Below are positions 37,649 to 46,586 of a stretch of DNA of 64,000 bases, piece by piece. Location of the stretch: assembly GCA_963666735.1 (NCBI GenBank), contig OY762926.1:1024001-1088000 (forward strand). Direction: 5' to 3'. Below the pieces are notes generated by a model. The model worked only from the letters and a program-made list of their open reading frames with translations, was not told where the DNA came from and did no database searches. Within the stretch, counting starts at the first letter, position 1; each line of letters begins with the position of its first letter. Origin of the DNA: Gemmatimonadota bacterium. GTDB taxonomy: Bacteria; Gemmatimonadota; Gemmatimonadetes; Palauibacterales; Palauibacteraceae. The position numbers and the translations under genes are program-made.

Positions 37649-40258
37649 ATGCCAATCTTTCGCCTGGTCACCGCCTATGCCGGCCGCGCCGCGCTGCTGT
37701 TGCTGTTGGCCGCGGCGCCGGCGACTGCCCAGTCGACCGCGACCATCCGCGGCACGGTCGTGGACATGTCCGGCAACGCCCTGGCCGATGTCCGGGTGAC
37801 GGCGACCGGCCCCGGCGTGGCTGCGGAAGACGCCACGGATGCGGAGGGAGCTTTCGAGTTCACCGGCGTGGCGCCCGGCGATTTCACCTTGGCCGCCAGC
37901 CTGTTCGGCTATGCGACGCGGGTGATTCCGGTCACGGTCCGCGCGGGCGCCGTCGAGGTGGTCGAAATGGTTCTGCACCCGCATTTTCAGCTCGCTCCGC
38001 TCAGCGTGGTGGCGGAGGAACCCACGGTGTTCGCGCGGAACTTTGTCGCGGAACCGATGATAAGGCAGCAGTCGAGCATCACCGCCGTGACATCGGTGAT
38101 CGACAACCTTCCCGGCGTTTCGGTCCAGGAGGGGGACGCGTATGCCTTCGACGACTGGTCGAGCAACGTCGTCATGCGCGGGTTCCAGTTGACGAGCAAC
38201 GAAGCGCAGATCGGCACCACCATCGACGGATTCCCTAACGGCACGTCGGACTACTGGGGCGGGGCGAAGGCGAACCGGTTCATCGACCCGATGAACCTCG
38301 GCGGCGTCGAGGTGTCGCAGGGGACCGCCGACATCGCCTCGCGGTCGGTCGAGGCGCTGGGCGGAACGCTCAACTTCCTGACGGCCGATCCGGCGGAGGA
38401 GGCGAGCCGGACGGCCTCGGTGACGATCGGCGAGAACGAGGGCGAGCGGTTCGCCGCGCGAGTCGAGACCGGATCGTTGTTCGGCGGCACGACGCGGGCC
38501 TGGGTCGCCGCGATCCGGCAGGAAGCAACCGACTGGATGGAGGGTTCGGCGAGGAACGAGCGGGAGCATGTCGCCGCCAAGATCGTGTCTTCGCACGGCA
38601 ACCTCGACCTCACCGGCTACCTCTCGCACGACGACATCCACGAGGATGTTTACCAGCGGCTCTCCAGCGACGCGGACTTCCGCGCCGACCCGCGCTGGGA
38701 CCGGCTGATCGGCCACTGGCCGGGCGTGCCCTACCTGAACCAGTTCTACCGGCCCGGCTGGCAGACCCGGCGCAAGAACACGCTTGCCTACGTCAAGGCC
38801 GACTGGTCCGCCAGCGAGTTGATCTCCCTCAGCGCCGGCGTATACCACCATCACAACTGGGGGCGGGGCGACTGGCTGCCGCCCTTCATCGCCGACGTGG
38901 TGGACGACGAGGGTGGACCCGAGTCGGAGCTCGCGGGCCGCGCGCCGGTGCGGGGCGGCAGCCAACCCGGGGTGATCCACTTCGTGGACGGCAATGGCGT
39001 CGCCGTTGGACCGGTGCCGGGATGCACGTCGTCCTACATCTTCAACTACTACGGGTCGGGCGGTCCCGAGGTCGACCCGGCGTGCCACCCGGGGGCAACG
39101 GCGGTTCAGTCGTACCGCCACAGCCACTACGGGAAGAACCGCCTCGGCGTGACCATCGACGGGGAGTGGTCCGCGCTGTTCGGCGGTGGACGGGGCAACG
39201 TGCTGCGCGCGGGCATCTGGTACGAAGACTCGCGCCGCGACCTGGGGCGCGACTGGCACCGCATTCTGGATCCGGCGATCAACTTCAAGTGGGACGAGCA
39301 GGCCTATTGGCACCAGTACGAGTGGGACTTTCCGCAGGATATCTTCAAGTGGTACGTCGAGGAGACGCTGTACTTCGGCCCGTTCGAGTTGGCCGGCGGC
39401 GTCAGGCAGTACCTCATCTCCGTGTCCCGCGAGGATCAGTTCGGGGTCGACCGGACCCTTGATGTCGATTCCGACTCGAAGCTGCTCTTCTCGGGCGGCC
39501 TCACCTACGAGACGCCGGTCGAGGACCTCGACCTGTTCGTAGGCTATGCCGAGAACTTCCGCGCCATCGCCAGCAACCTCCTCGAAGTGCCGGGCCGCAG
39601 TCTGGATCGCCTGGAGCCCGAGACCGCGTCGAACATCGATGTCGGCGTCCACTACTCCGGCGAGCGGGTCGCGCTGGGCGCCACCCTGTATTCCATCGAC
39701 TTCGACAACCGGATCTTCTACCTCGGCCCCCAGACTTCCGCGGGACCCAACTACCTCATCCCCGGAGGCGGAGCCTACTTCAACGCGGGCGGCATCGAGA
39801 CCAGTGGCATCGAGATGTCCGCCACGGTGGCGGTGTCGGGGCGGACATCCCTCTACACCGCCCTCACGCTCAACGACTCGAAGTACGTCGGGACCGACGA
39901 TCCGCTCGTCGACGCCAGCCAGGGCACCGTCGCCGACACGGACGTTACGGGCGTGCCGCCCCGGCTGTGGGTGGTCTCCGTCGACCGCGACGGACCCCTG
40001 GGCGGCGGGCTGTCGGCAAAATACACGGCATCGCGCCGCGTCAGTCTGGCGGCGGACTGGCAAACCGACGCCTATTGGACGGTGGACGCGTACGTGAGCT
40101 TCCAGGTTGAAGCGTTGCGCGGCGTGTTCCGGTCGACCGAGTTCTCGATCGTCGCGAACAATCTGCTCGACACCCCGTACCTGTCCGCGATCACCGAGAA
40201 CGCCGCATGGCTCGGCGCGCCCCGAACCATATCCATGACCGCGACCGTCTCGTTCTGA
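37649..40258 (+). CDS. TonB-dependent receptor with N-terminal carboxypeptidase-regulatory-like domain
   Basis: Signal peptide, plug region (IDNLPGV, IDGFPNG, EVSQG), LEPETAS, NNLLD...GAPRTISMTATVSF C-terminal Phe. Confidence 0.9.
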   Translation: MPIFRLVTAYAGRAALLLLLAAAPATAQSTATIRGTVVDMSGNALADVRVTATGPGVAAEDATDAEGAFEFTGVAPGDFTLAASLFGYATRVIPVTVRAGAVEVVEMVLHPHFQLAPLSVVAEEPTVFARNFVAEPMIRQQSSITAVTSVIDNLPGVSVQEGDAYAFDDWSSNVVMRGFQLTSNEAQIGTTIDGFPNGTSDYWGGAKANRFIDPMNLGGVEVSQGTADIASRSVEALGGTLNFLTADPAEEASRTASVTIGENEGERFAARVETGSLFGGTTRAWVAAIRQEATDWMEGSARNEREHVAAKIVSSHGNLDLTGYLSHDDIHEDVYQRLSSDADFRADPRWDRLIGHWPGVPYLNQFYRPGWQTRRKNTLAYVKADWSASELISLSAGVYHHHNWGRGDWLPPFIADVVDDEGGPESELAGRAPVRGGSQPGVIHFVDGNGVAVGPVPGCTSSYIFNYYGSGGPEVDPACHPGATAVQSYRHSHYGKNRLGVTIDGEWSALFGGGRGNVLRAGIWYEDSRRDLGRDWHRILDPAINFKWDEQAYWHQYEWDFPQDIFKWYVEETLYFGPFELAGGVRQYLISVSREDQFGVDRTLDVDSDSKLLFSGGLTYETPVEDLDLFVGYAENFRAIASNLLEVPGRSLDRLEPETASNIDVGVHYSGERVALGATLYSIDFDNRIFYLGPQTSAGPNYLIPGGGAYFNAGGIETSGIEMSATVAVSGRTSLYTALTLNDSKYVGTDDPLVDASQGTVADTDVTGVPPRLWVVSVDRDGPLGGGLSAKYTASRRVSLAADWQTDAYWTVDAYVSFQVEALRGVFRSTEFSIVANNLLDTPYLSAITENAAWLGAPRTISMTATVSF

Positions 40259-40783
40259 TGGGCAATCGTCTGATGGGCAATCGCATTCGCGGTCTTCAAG
40301 ATGAGCGGATGCCGCCGCCGACAGACCGGTGGCAACCACCGCCATCCTTCTGTTCTTCATGGCAACTACGGTCCTGATCGGCGGCGGCGGTGCAATGCTC
40401 AGCCCCGGCGATGGCGGCCCCGGTGTCCTCCGGTCGAGCGATTTCGGCTACATGAGCGGCATCGCACTGGGCATGCTGGTCTTCGGCGCGACCTGCAGGC
40501 ATACCCGCTCCACCTTCGAACCCCCAGCTTCCCGCCGATGCCGGCGCATCGGACCGGAGCTGGGCAACCCGCCTCCCGAACCGCCGTGAACCCACGTGAC
40601 GTGGTATCTTCCTTGGGATCGCCGGACGGCAGCCACCAGGCGGAGGCGCGTCCGTTCCGCTTGGAGGACGCGATGGCCGAACCGAACAAGAGGCTGGACA
40701 CCTCGGTAGAGGCTTACTTGGCCGATCTCGGGCCGTGCGGTGGCGCTGGTTGCGGCCGCAACCAGCGGCGGGTCAAGCGGCCG

Positions 40784-41818
40784 ATGAGTGGCAATCACCG
40801 CTTCGCTCTTCCGCTTCTCCTGGCATCTGTCGTGGGCCTCGCCTGTCGCGCGGCTATCGTCGATCCGTCGTCCGGTTCTTGCGCCCGCGCCAACGGCGAT
40901 CCCTTGACCTTCGGGTTCTACGCCTTCTTCGAGCCGGTCAGCTACAGCGGGGACCCGGACCCGGCCTCGCCGGTGTTCGCGAACCACATGGGCTACGAAG
41001 CCGACTTGCTCTCGGCCCTCGAAGTGATGGAGGAGCGCCACCTCAGTTTCGTGCGAAAGCCGATTTCCACCTGGCCGGGCATCTGGCTGCTTCCGGCAAC
41101 GCCGGACTTCGACATTGTCGGCGGCGGCATTACAATCCTGGAGTCGCGCACATTGGATGCGGCGGGCCGACTCGCCATCGCGTTCACGTCCGGCCACATC
41201 GCCTTTCGCCAGTCTCTGCTTACGAGATCGCGGGACGCCCAACGCTTTTCCTCGTATGCAAGCCTGAACAGCGACGTGCGCGTGGGGGTCCTGCGGGGTA
41301 CGACGGGCGAGGCGCGGCTGCTTCAGATCACCGGGATCGTAGGCGGGAGCGGGGTGCTCGCTCGCGGAACTCGCATCGAGACGCCGACCGGCACGGTGGT
41401 GGCCGACGGCACGGCCAGCTACTCGATCACCGCGGCATCCGCTTCCGCCGCACTGGAGGGCCGGACGCGAATCCTGCCGCCTTCGTCCGCGATGCCCCAG
41501 GTGGTCTATCTGGGGGACGCGGCCGGCGAGGAAGAGTTGCTGGCCGCCTTGCGCGACGGGACCATCGACGCCGTAGCAAGGGGCGAGGTCGGCAACGGCG
41601 AGGCGGCATGGGCCTCCGGCGGCAGCTTCGCGGTGGCTGCCGTCGATTCGCTTGCCGAGCACGGTGGATTCGCCCTCGATGCCGACGACACGGAGCTGCT
41701 GGCCTGCCTTGACGTGAAGCTCGACTGGCTGACGGACGGCCAGCGGATCGGCTACGCGGAGTGGCGGTCGGACCCCGGCGTCTTCCGGGTACGGGCCGCC
41801 ATGTGGAAGCGACAGTGA
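40784..41818 (+). CDS. Periplasmic substrate-binding lipoprotein (SBP family 3-like)
   Basis: Lipobox GLAC, FEPVSY, GYEADL, GITILESR, VGVLRGTTGE, ALRDGTIDA; in-frame upstream ATG at 40673. Confidence 0.75.
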   Translation: MSGNHRFALPLLLASVVGLACRAAIVDPSSGSCARANGDPLTFGFYAFFEPVSYSGDPDPASPVFANHMGYEADLLSALEVMEERHLSFVRKPISTWPGIWLLPATPDFDIVGGGITILESRTLDAAGRLAIAFTSGHIAFRQSLLTRSRDAQRFSSYASLNSDVRVGVLRGTTGEARLLQITGIVGGSGVLARGTRIETPTGTVVADGTASYSITAASASAALEGRTRILPPSSAMPQVVYLGDAAGEEELLAALRDGTIDAVARGEVGNGEAAWASGGSFAVAAVDSLAEHGGFALDADDTELLACLDVKLDWLTDGQRIGYAEWRSDPGVFRVRAAMWKRQ

Positions 41819-42227
41819 CCAGTCCGCACGGCAACGCGGTGCCTCTCTGGAACCGAAGGGGCGGAGCCCCTCGCCAGCCCCTGCCGGAGACATGCGAAAC
41901 GTGGCCACGGCGAGTATGCTGCTCCCGGCAAGAGTCAGATCGAGAGCCAGCCCGGCGGACGCGCTCGAAGCGGTCGCCGAAGACACCGGCGGATGGTCCC
42001 CGGAGGCATGAATCCGGGTCGCCGGGACCGGCCACATCGGCGGCTTGGATCTCAGGTTGCGCCGAAATCCGGACAAGACGGACGGCGTAGAGACACAGGC
42101 GGCCACGTCGGGAGTTCCGAGCCATCGGACGGCAGGGAGGCGGGCCGGAGCATGTTCGCCGAGGCCCGGCGCTTCCACTTGCGGCCGCACCGGAGTGTGA
42201 AACTGACGTCGAGGGTCGATTCACAGT

Positions 42228-43466
42228 TTGGAGCTCCAGCGATTCACACGGTCACCGCGGGCCAGGACGAAGCCGCTCGACATCGCCGTCATCGGGGGCG
42301 GGATCGTCGGGCTCGCCACGGCCGACGCCCTCCGGCGGACCCGGCCCGACCTCGCGCTCACGGTGCTCGAGAAGGAGCCGGAGGTCGCGGCGCACCAGAC
42401 GGGGCGCAACAGCGGCGTCATCCATGCGGGGCTGTACTACGCGCCGGGCTCGCTCAAGGCGCGGCTGTGCGGGGAGGGGGCCGGGCGGCTGTTTCGCTAC
42501 TGCGCGGAGCGAGGCATTCCGACCACGCGCACCGGCAAGATCGTCGTCGCCACGTCGCGCGACCAACTCGGCGCCCTCGCCGAACTCGAGCGGCGCGGGA
42601 CGGCGAACGGCGTCGCCATGCACCGCATCGGCCCCGGCGGAATCGCGGAGATCGAACCGCGCGCGCGCGGCGTCGAGGCGCTCCACGTGCCGGCCACCGG
42701 GGCGGTCGACTTCGGTGACGTGGCGCGAGCCTTCGCGGCGGATCTTTCCCGCGCGGGCCACCGCATCCGCACCGGCTTCCAGGTGCGGGAAGCCCGCCGC
42801 TCCGGGCACCATACCGTGCTCGCCGGCCCTCCGGGCGACATCGCGGCCAGAGTCGTCGTCAACTGCGCCGGGCTGCACGTCGACCGCGTGATGCGGCTCC
42901 TCGGGCAGGAACCCGATCTCAAGATCCTCCCCTTCCGGGGCGAGTACCGGGGCCTGTCCGAAACGGCCGCGGGGCTCGTGCGGGGCCACATCTACCCGGT
43001 TCCGGACCCCCGGCTCCCCCACCTGGGCGTCCACTTCACCCGGAGCGCGGCCGGGCGCGTGGAACTCGGACCGAACGCGGTCTGGGCTTGGGGCCGGGAG
43101 GCGTACGGCCGCCTCTCGGGCCGCCTGCCCGACGCTTTGGAAGCGCTGGGCTATCGCGGCTTCCGGCGGCTTGCGCAGACCCACTGGCGCACCGCCGTCG
43201 AGGAGCAGTGGCGCTCGCTGGACCGGCGCTCCGTCGTGCGGAAGGCGCGCACCATGCTGCCCGAACTCGAAGTGCGCGACCTCGAGACTTGGCGCTCCGG
43301 CATCCGCGCGCAGGCCGTGGACACGGATGGCGCCCTGGTCCACGACTTCGTGATTCGGGAAGGGCCCGGCGTCGTGAACGTGCTCAACGCGCCCTCCCCC
43401 GCGGCGACGGCCTGCCTGGCCATCGGGGAGCACATCGCGGAGCGCGCCCTCCGGCAGCTGAACTAG
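42228..43466 (+). CDS. lhgO: L-2-hydroxyglutarate oxidase
   Basis: GGGIVGLA, HQTGRNSGVIHAGLYY, PFRGEY, IYPVPDP, GIRAQA, NAPSPAAT. Confidence 0.9.
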   Translation: MELQRFTRSPRARTKPLDIAVIGGGIVGLATADALRRTRPDLALTVLEKEPEVAAHQTGRNSGVIHAGLYYAPGSLKARLCGEGAGRLFRYCAERGIPTTRTGKIVVATSRDQLGALAELERRGTANGVAMHRIGPGGIAEIEPRARGVEALHVPATGAVDFGDVARAFAADLSRAGHRIRTGFQVREARRSGHHTVLAGPPGDIAARVVVNCAGLHVDRVMRLLGQEPDLKILPFRGEYRGLSETAAGLVRGHIYPVPDPRLPHLGVHFTRSAAGRVELGPNAVWAWGREAYGRLSGRLPDALEALGYRGFRRLAQTHWRTAVEEQWRSLDRRSVVRKARTMLPELEVRDLETWRSGIRAQAVDTDGALVHDFVIREGPGVVNVLNAPSPAATACLAIGEHIAERALRQLN

Positions 43467-43879
43467 TCGGCCCCCTCGAACGGGTCGAGGATCTCGACCC
43501 CCGCGGGTTCGAAGTCTTTCTTGTTTCGTGTGACCACAACCAGCCCGCGGGCGAGGGCGGTAGCGGCGATCAAGCTGTCCTTGACGGGCATCGGGCGCCC
43601 GCGCGCGCGGAGACGCGCCAGGAGTTCCGCCCAGCGGAGTCCCGTGTTCGCATCCAGCGGCACACACTGGATTCTCCGCACAACTTCCTCGAACCACGCT
43701 TCAAGCCTGTCCCGGCCCCTCCCGGGCGCCAGCAGCCGTATGCCGTACCAGATTTCGCCGAGCACCACGGGGTTGGCGGCAATATCCGGCTCATGGTTCC
43801 GCAACCACGCGACGGCACGCGGATCGGGGCTGGTTCGGGTTGCCTCGGAGAGGACGTTGGCGTCAACGAGATACCTAAT
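43463..43879 (-). CDS. vapC: VapC PIN-domain toxin
   Basis: YLVDANVLSE, DSLIAATA, VTRNKKDF; expected start position holds ATT. Confidence 0.85.
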   Translation of the reverse strand: MRYLVDANVLSEATRTSPDPRAVAWLRNHEPDIAANPVVLGEIWYGIRLLAPGRGRDRLEAWFEEVVRRIQCVPLDANTGLRWAELLARLRARGRPMPVKDSLIAATALARGLVVVTRNKKDFEPAGVEILDPFEGAD

Positions 43880-44135
43880 CGTCCGGAGCCTCGATACCCG
43901 GACCGGGCAGATCTGCGGTCGAGTCGGAGGGAACCGGCACAAACCAATCCTGCTCCGGACAGGTCAGCAGGTGGTCGACGAGGCCCTCGTTCACGGCGGC
44001 CGAGGTGCGTGCGAGGCGGTAGACGCCCCTGCCAAGCCGCTTGATCTCGAATTCCTGCCCGGGGGCAACCGAATCGCGCCGCCGAAGCTCGGCCGGGAGT
44101 ACGAGTTGCCCCTTCGTGGAGATGATGGTTCGCAT
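43875..44135 (-). CDS. AbrB/MazE-type antitoxin
   Basis: MRTIISTKGQLVLPAELRR. Confidence 0.85.
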   Translation of the reverse strand: MRTIISTKGQLVLPAELRRRDSVAPGQEFEIKRLGRGVYRLARTSAAVNEGLVDHLLTCPEQDWFVPVPSDSTADLPGPGIEAPDD

Positions 44136-44136
44136 G

Positions 44137-44158
44137 GGGTAAGATGGATGTCTTACCC
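44137..44158. promoter_or_regulatory. Inverted-repeat operator of TA operon
   Basis: GGGTAAGA-N6-TCTTACCC directly upstream of the antitoxin ATG. Confidence 0.65.
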
Positions 44159-44172
44159 TCGCTGTGCAAGCG

Positions 44173-44955
44173 TCAAGTCGCGTAGTCCTGGCCTTCGGCG
44201 TCCAGCATTTCCTTCATCCCCTCGAGGTAGCCGGCCTCGCCGGCCGACTCGACGGACATATCGGCGTTGTGCCGCGCGGCCTCCACCGGGATCGGGCGGA
44301 TCTTCCGGCCCGTCTGGAGTGCGAGCATCTCGTTCAGGCAGGCGCGCTCGAGTTGGTAAAGCCACAGCATCGTCTTCTTGATCGTGTCGCCGACCACCAG
44401 CACCCCGTGGTTCGCCAGGAAGAGGACCCGGTTGTCCCCCAGGGCCTCGACCATGCGCTCGCCCTCATCCGCCTCCGTGACGATCCCTTCGTACCCGAAG
44501 TAGGCGCAGTTCCCGTAGAAGACCGCGGCGTTCTGGCTTCCGCGCTCGTCCAGTTTCCACCCGTCGATGGAAGCGAGCGCCGTGCTGTACGGGGCGTGGA
44601 TGTGCAGGGCGCACATGATGTCGGGGCGGGCGCTCTGGACCGGCGCGTGAATCGCCCACGCGCTCACGTTCAGGCGTCCGTCCCCGCCCACGGGACGCCC
44701 GTCCGGGCCGACTTCGACCAGGTTGCTGGCCGTGACCCGGGAGAAGTGCGTCTGTCCGGGGGTGATCAGCAGGTGGCCCGGACGGCCCGGGACCTTGCAG
44801 CTGAGGTGGTTCCAGGTGCCCTCATGCATGTTCTCGTGCACGATGATGCGGTGCACCGCCGAGAAGTCGATGCGCGCCTGCCGAATCGCGGCATCCTCGA
44901 GGTCCATCCCCGCGGGGGACGGAGCGGAAGCGAATGCGGTCTCTGCCGTACTCAT
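44173..44955 (-). CDS. Class II aldolase/adducin family protein
   Basis: EGTWNHLS, AIHAP, HIHAPY, FLANHGV. Confidence 0.88.
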   Translation of the reverse strand: MSTAETAFASAPSPAGMDLEDAAIRQARIDFSAVHRIIVHENMHEGTWNHLSCKVPGRPGHLLITPGQTHFSRVTASNLVEVGPDGRPVGGDGRLNVSAWAIHAPVQSARPDIMCALHIHAPYSTALASIDGWKLDERGSQNAAVFYGNCAYFGYEGIVTEADEGERMVEALGDNRVLFLANHGVLVVGDTIKKTMLWLYQLERACLNEMLALQTGRKIRPIPVEAARHNADMSVESAGEAGYLEGMKEMLDAEGQDYAT

Positions 44956-45101
44956 CACGTGCCTCCTGAAGAACCGAACCTGGAACCCCGCCCAACCTCT
45001 CAAGCTCCACCTGCCGGATCAAGCGCGGCGACGCTCTCCCGGTTCCCCGTTCCCGGCTCAGCGATTACCATCCCGCGCTCACGAATTCTCCTACAGCGCG
45101 G

Positions 45102-46151
45102 GTGACAGTGCGCACGACGCCGGATTCCATCGCCGAGTCGAAGTCGACTTCGGAACCGCTCGACGTGATCATCGTCGGGGCCGGCCCCTGCGGGCTGGCC
45201 GTGGCGGTCGCCGTGAAGGAATGCGGGCTGAGTTACGCGATCCTCGACCGGGGGTGCATCACCGAGTCGCTGACCCACTACCCCTCCTACATGACGTTCT
45301 TCTCAACGGCGGAGCGGCTGGAGATCGGGGACGTTCCCTTCACGATCCCGGAGCCGAAACCCACGCGGCGCGACGCCCTCGCCTACCACCGGCATGTCGT
45401 CGCCCACCACGGCATCCGGGTGCGCCAGTACGAGGAAGTGACGGGCATCGAACGAACGGAGGGCGCGTTCGCCGTCCGCACCCGCGCGCGTGGCGGACGG
45501 GAGGACTGCCTCGCCTCCCGGACCGTGGTCGCCGCCACAGGGGGCTTCGGGGAGCCGAACCGGCTCGGGTTCGAGGGCGAGACCCGGCGCCGCCGGGTCG
45601 TCCACTACTACAAGGAGCCGTTCCCCTTCTTCGACCAAGACGTGCTCGTCGTGGGCGGAGGAAACTCGGCGGTGGAAGCGGCCCTAGAGTTGTACCGCAA
45701 CGGCGTGCGCGTCCGCATGGTGCATTTCGCGGACACCCTGGACCGCGGCGTCAAACCGTGGGTGCGACCCGACATCGAGAACCGGATCGAGAGCGGCGAG
45801 ATCCCGATGCACTGGAGATCCCGCGTTACGCGCCTCGGCACCGGGACGGCCGCCATCGCCGAGGAGTCGTCCGGGGAGGAGACCGAGTTCGCGAACGACT
45901 GGGTACTCGCGATGACGGGCTGGCGACCGGACGCGAAGCTGCTCAACGGCCTGGGGGTCGAGACGGATCCGGACACGGGGATTCCCGCGCACGACCCGGC
46001 GACGATGGAGACGACGGTGCCGGGCGTCTACATCGCAGGCGTGATCGCCGCCGGCTACAACGCGAACAAGATCTTCATCGAGAACGGCCGGGAGCACGGC
46101 GCTCTCATCGCCACCCACCTGGCCGTTCGCCTGGTGAATCAAACCCGCTGA
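45102..46151 (+). CDS. ypdA: YpdA family (bacillithiol-system) flavoprotein oxidoreductase
   Basis: GAGPCG, MTFFSTAERLEIG, HYYKEP, GGGNSA, IFIENGREH. Confidence 0.85.
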   Translation: MTVRTTPDSIAESKSTSEPLDVIIVGAGPCGLAVAVAVKECGLSYAILDRGCITESLTHYPSYMTFFSTAERLEIGDVPFTIPEPKPTRRDALAYHRHVVAHHGIRVRQYEEVTGIERTEGAFAVRTRARGGREDCLASRTVVAATGGFGEPNRLGFEGETRRRRVVHYYKEPFPFFDQDVLVVGGGNSAVEAALELYRNGVRVRMVHFADTLDRGVKPWVRPDIENRIESGEIPMHWRSRVTRLGTGTAAIAEESSGEETEFANDWVLAMTGWRPDAKLLNGLGVETDPDTGIPAHDPATMETTVPGVYIAGVIAAGYNANKIFIENGREHGALIATHLAVRLVNQTR

Positions 46152-46374
46152 ACCCGGCCCTCCCGATTCGAGAGGTACGTTCGAGCCCTCCCCGGCGGCG
46201 GCGTAGCGACGTGGCCGGCCGCTCCCAGTACCGGGCACACTTGCGATCCGTCGCGCAAGTAGCAGCGAACCCAGCTATTCGGTAGAGTCATGGATCGTGA
46301 ATCTGCACCTGATCCATGCCACTTGGCCGGCAACCCGAATCGCTGGGAGGTCTGTTGTGGACCTGCAATGCACG

Positions 46375-46476
46375 GCGGAAGCCGTCGCCTTGGTCGTCAA
46401 AGCCAACCGGGAAATATTCCGCGAAGACTCCGGTGGCGGTGCGGTCATGAGAGAGCCCATCACCATCACGGCGTGA
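46375..46476 (+). pseudogene. hicB: HicB antitoxin 3' remnant
   Basis: AEAVALVVKANRE...REPITITA*; stop overlaps the hicA GTG; 5' part missing. Confidence 0.55.
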
Positions 46477-46586
46477 AGCGCCGGGACTTGCTGCGGCACT
46501 TGGCGAAATACGGGTGCGCCTTCATGCGGGAGGGCGGGAACCACACGCTCCACATCAACCGTGCGGCCAAGAATCGGAGGCGGGAG
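46473..46586 (+). pseudogene. hicA: HicA toxin 5' remnant, in frame with downstream peptidase
   Basis: MKRRDLLRHLAKYGCAFMREGGNHTLHIN, no stop before the peptidase ATG. Confidence 0.7.

Noticed and set aside
37298..40360. 1020-aa minus-strand ORF and other long antisense ORFs (e.g. 25480-27903, 49291-51336, 54191-56188)
   Set aside because: Shadow ORFs opposite well-supported genes, expected at ~70% GC; no recognisable motifs
40329..40589. 86-aa hydrophobic ORF after the TonB receptor
   Set aside because: No SD or recognisable family; could be a relic, not supportable
41820..42225. Short ORFs between SBP and lhgO
   Set aside because: No motif recognised in any frame
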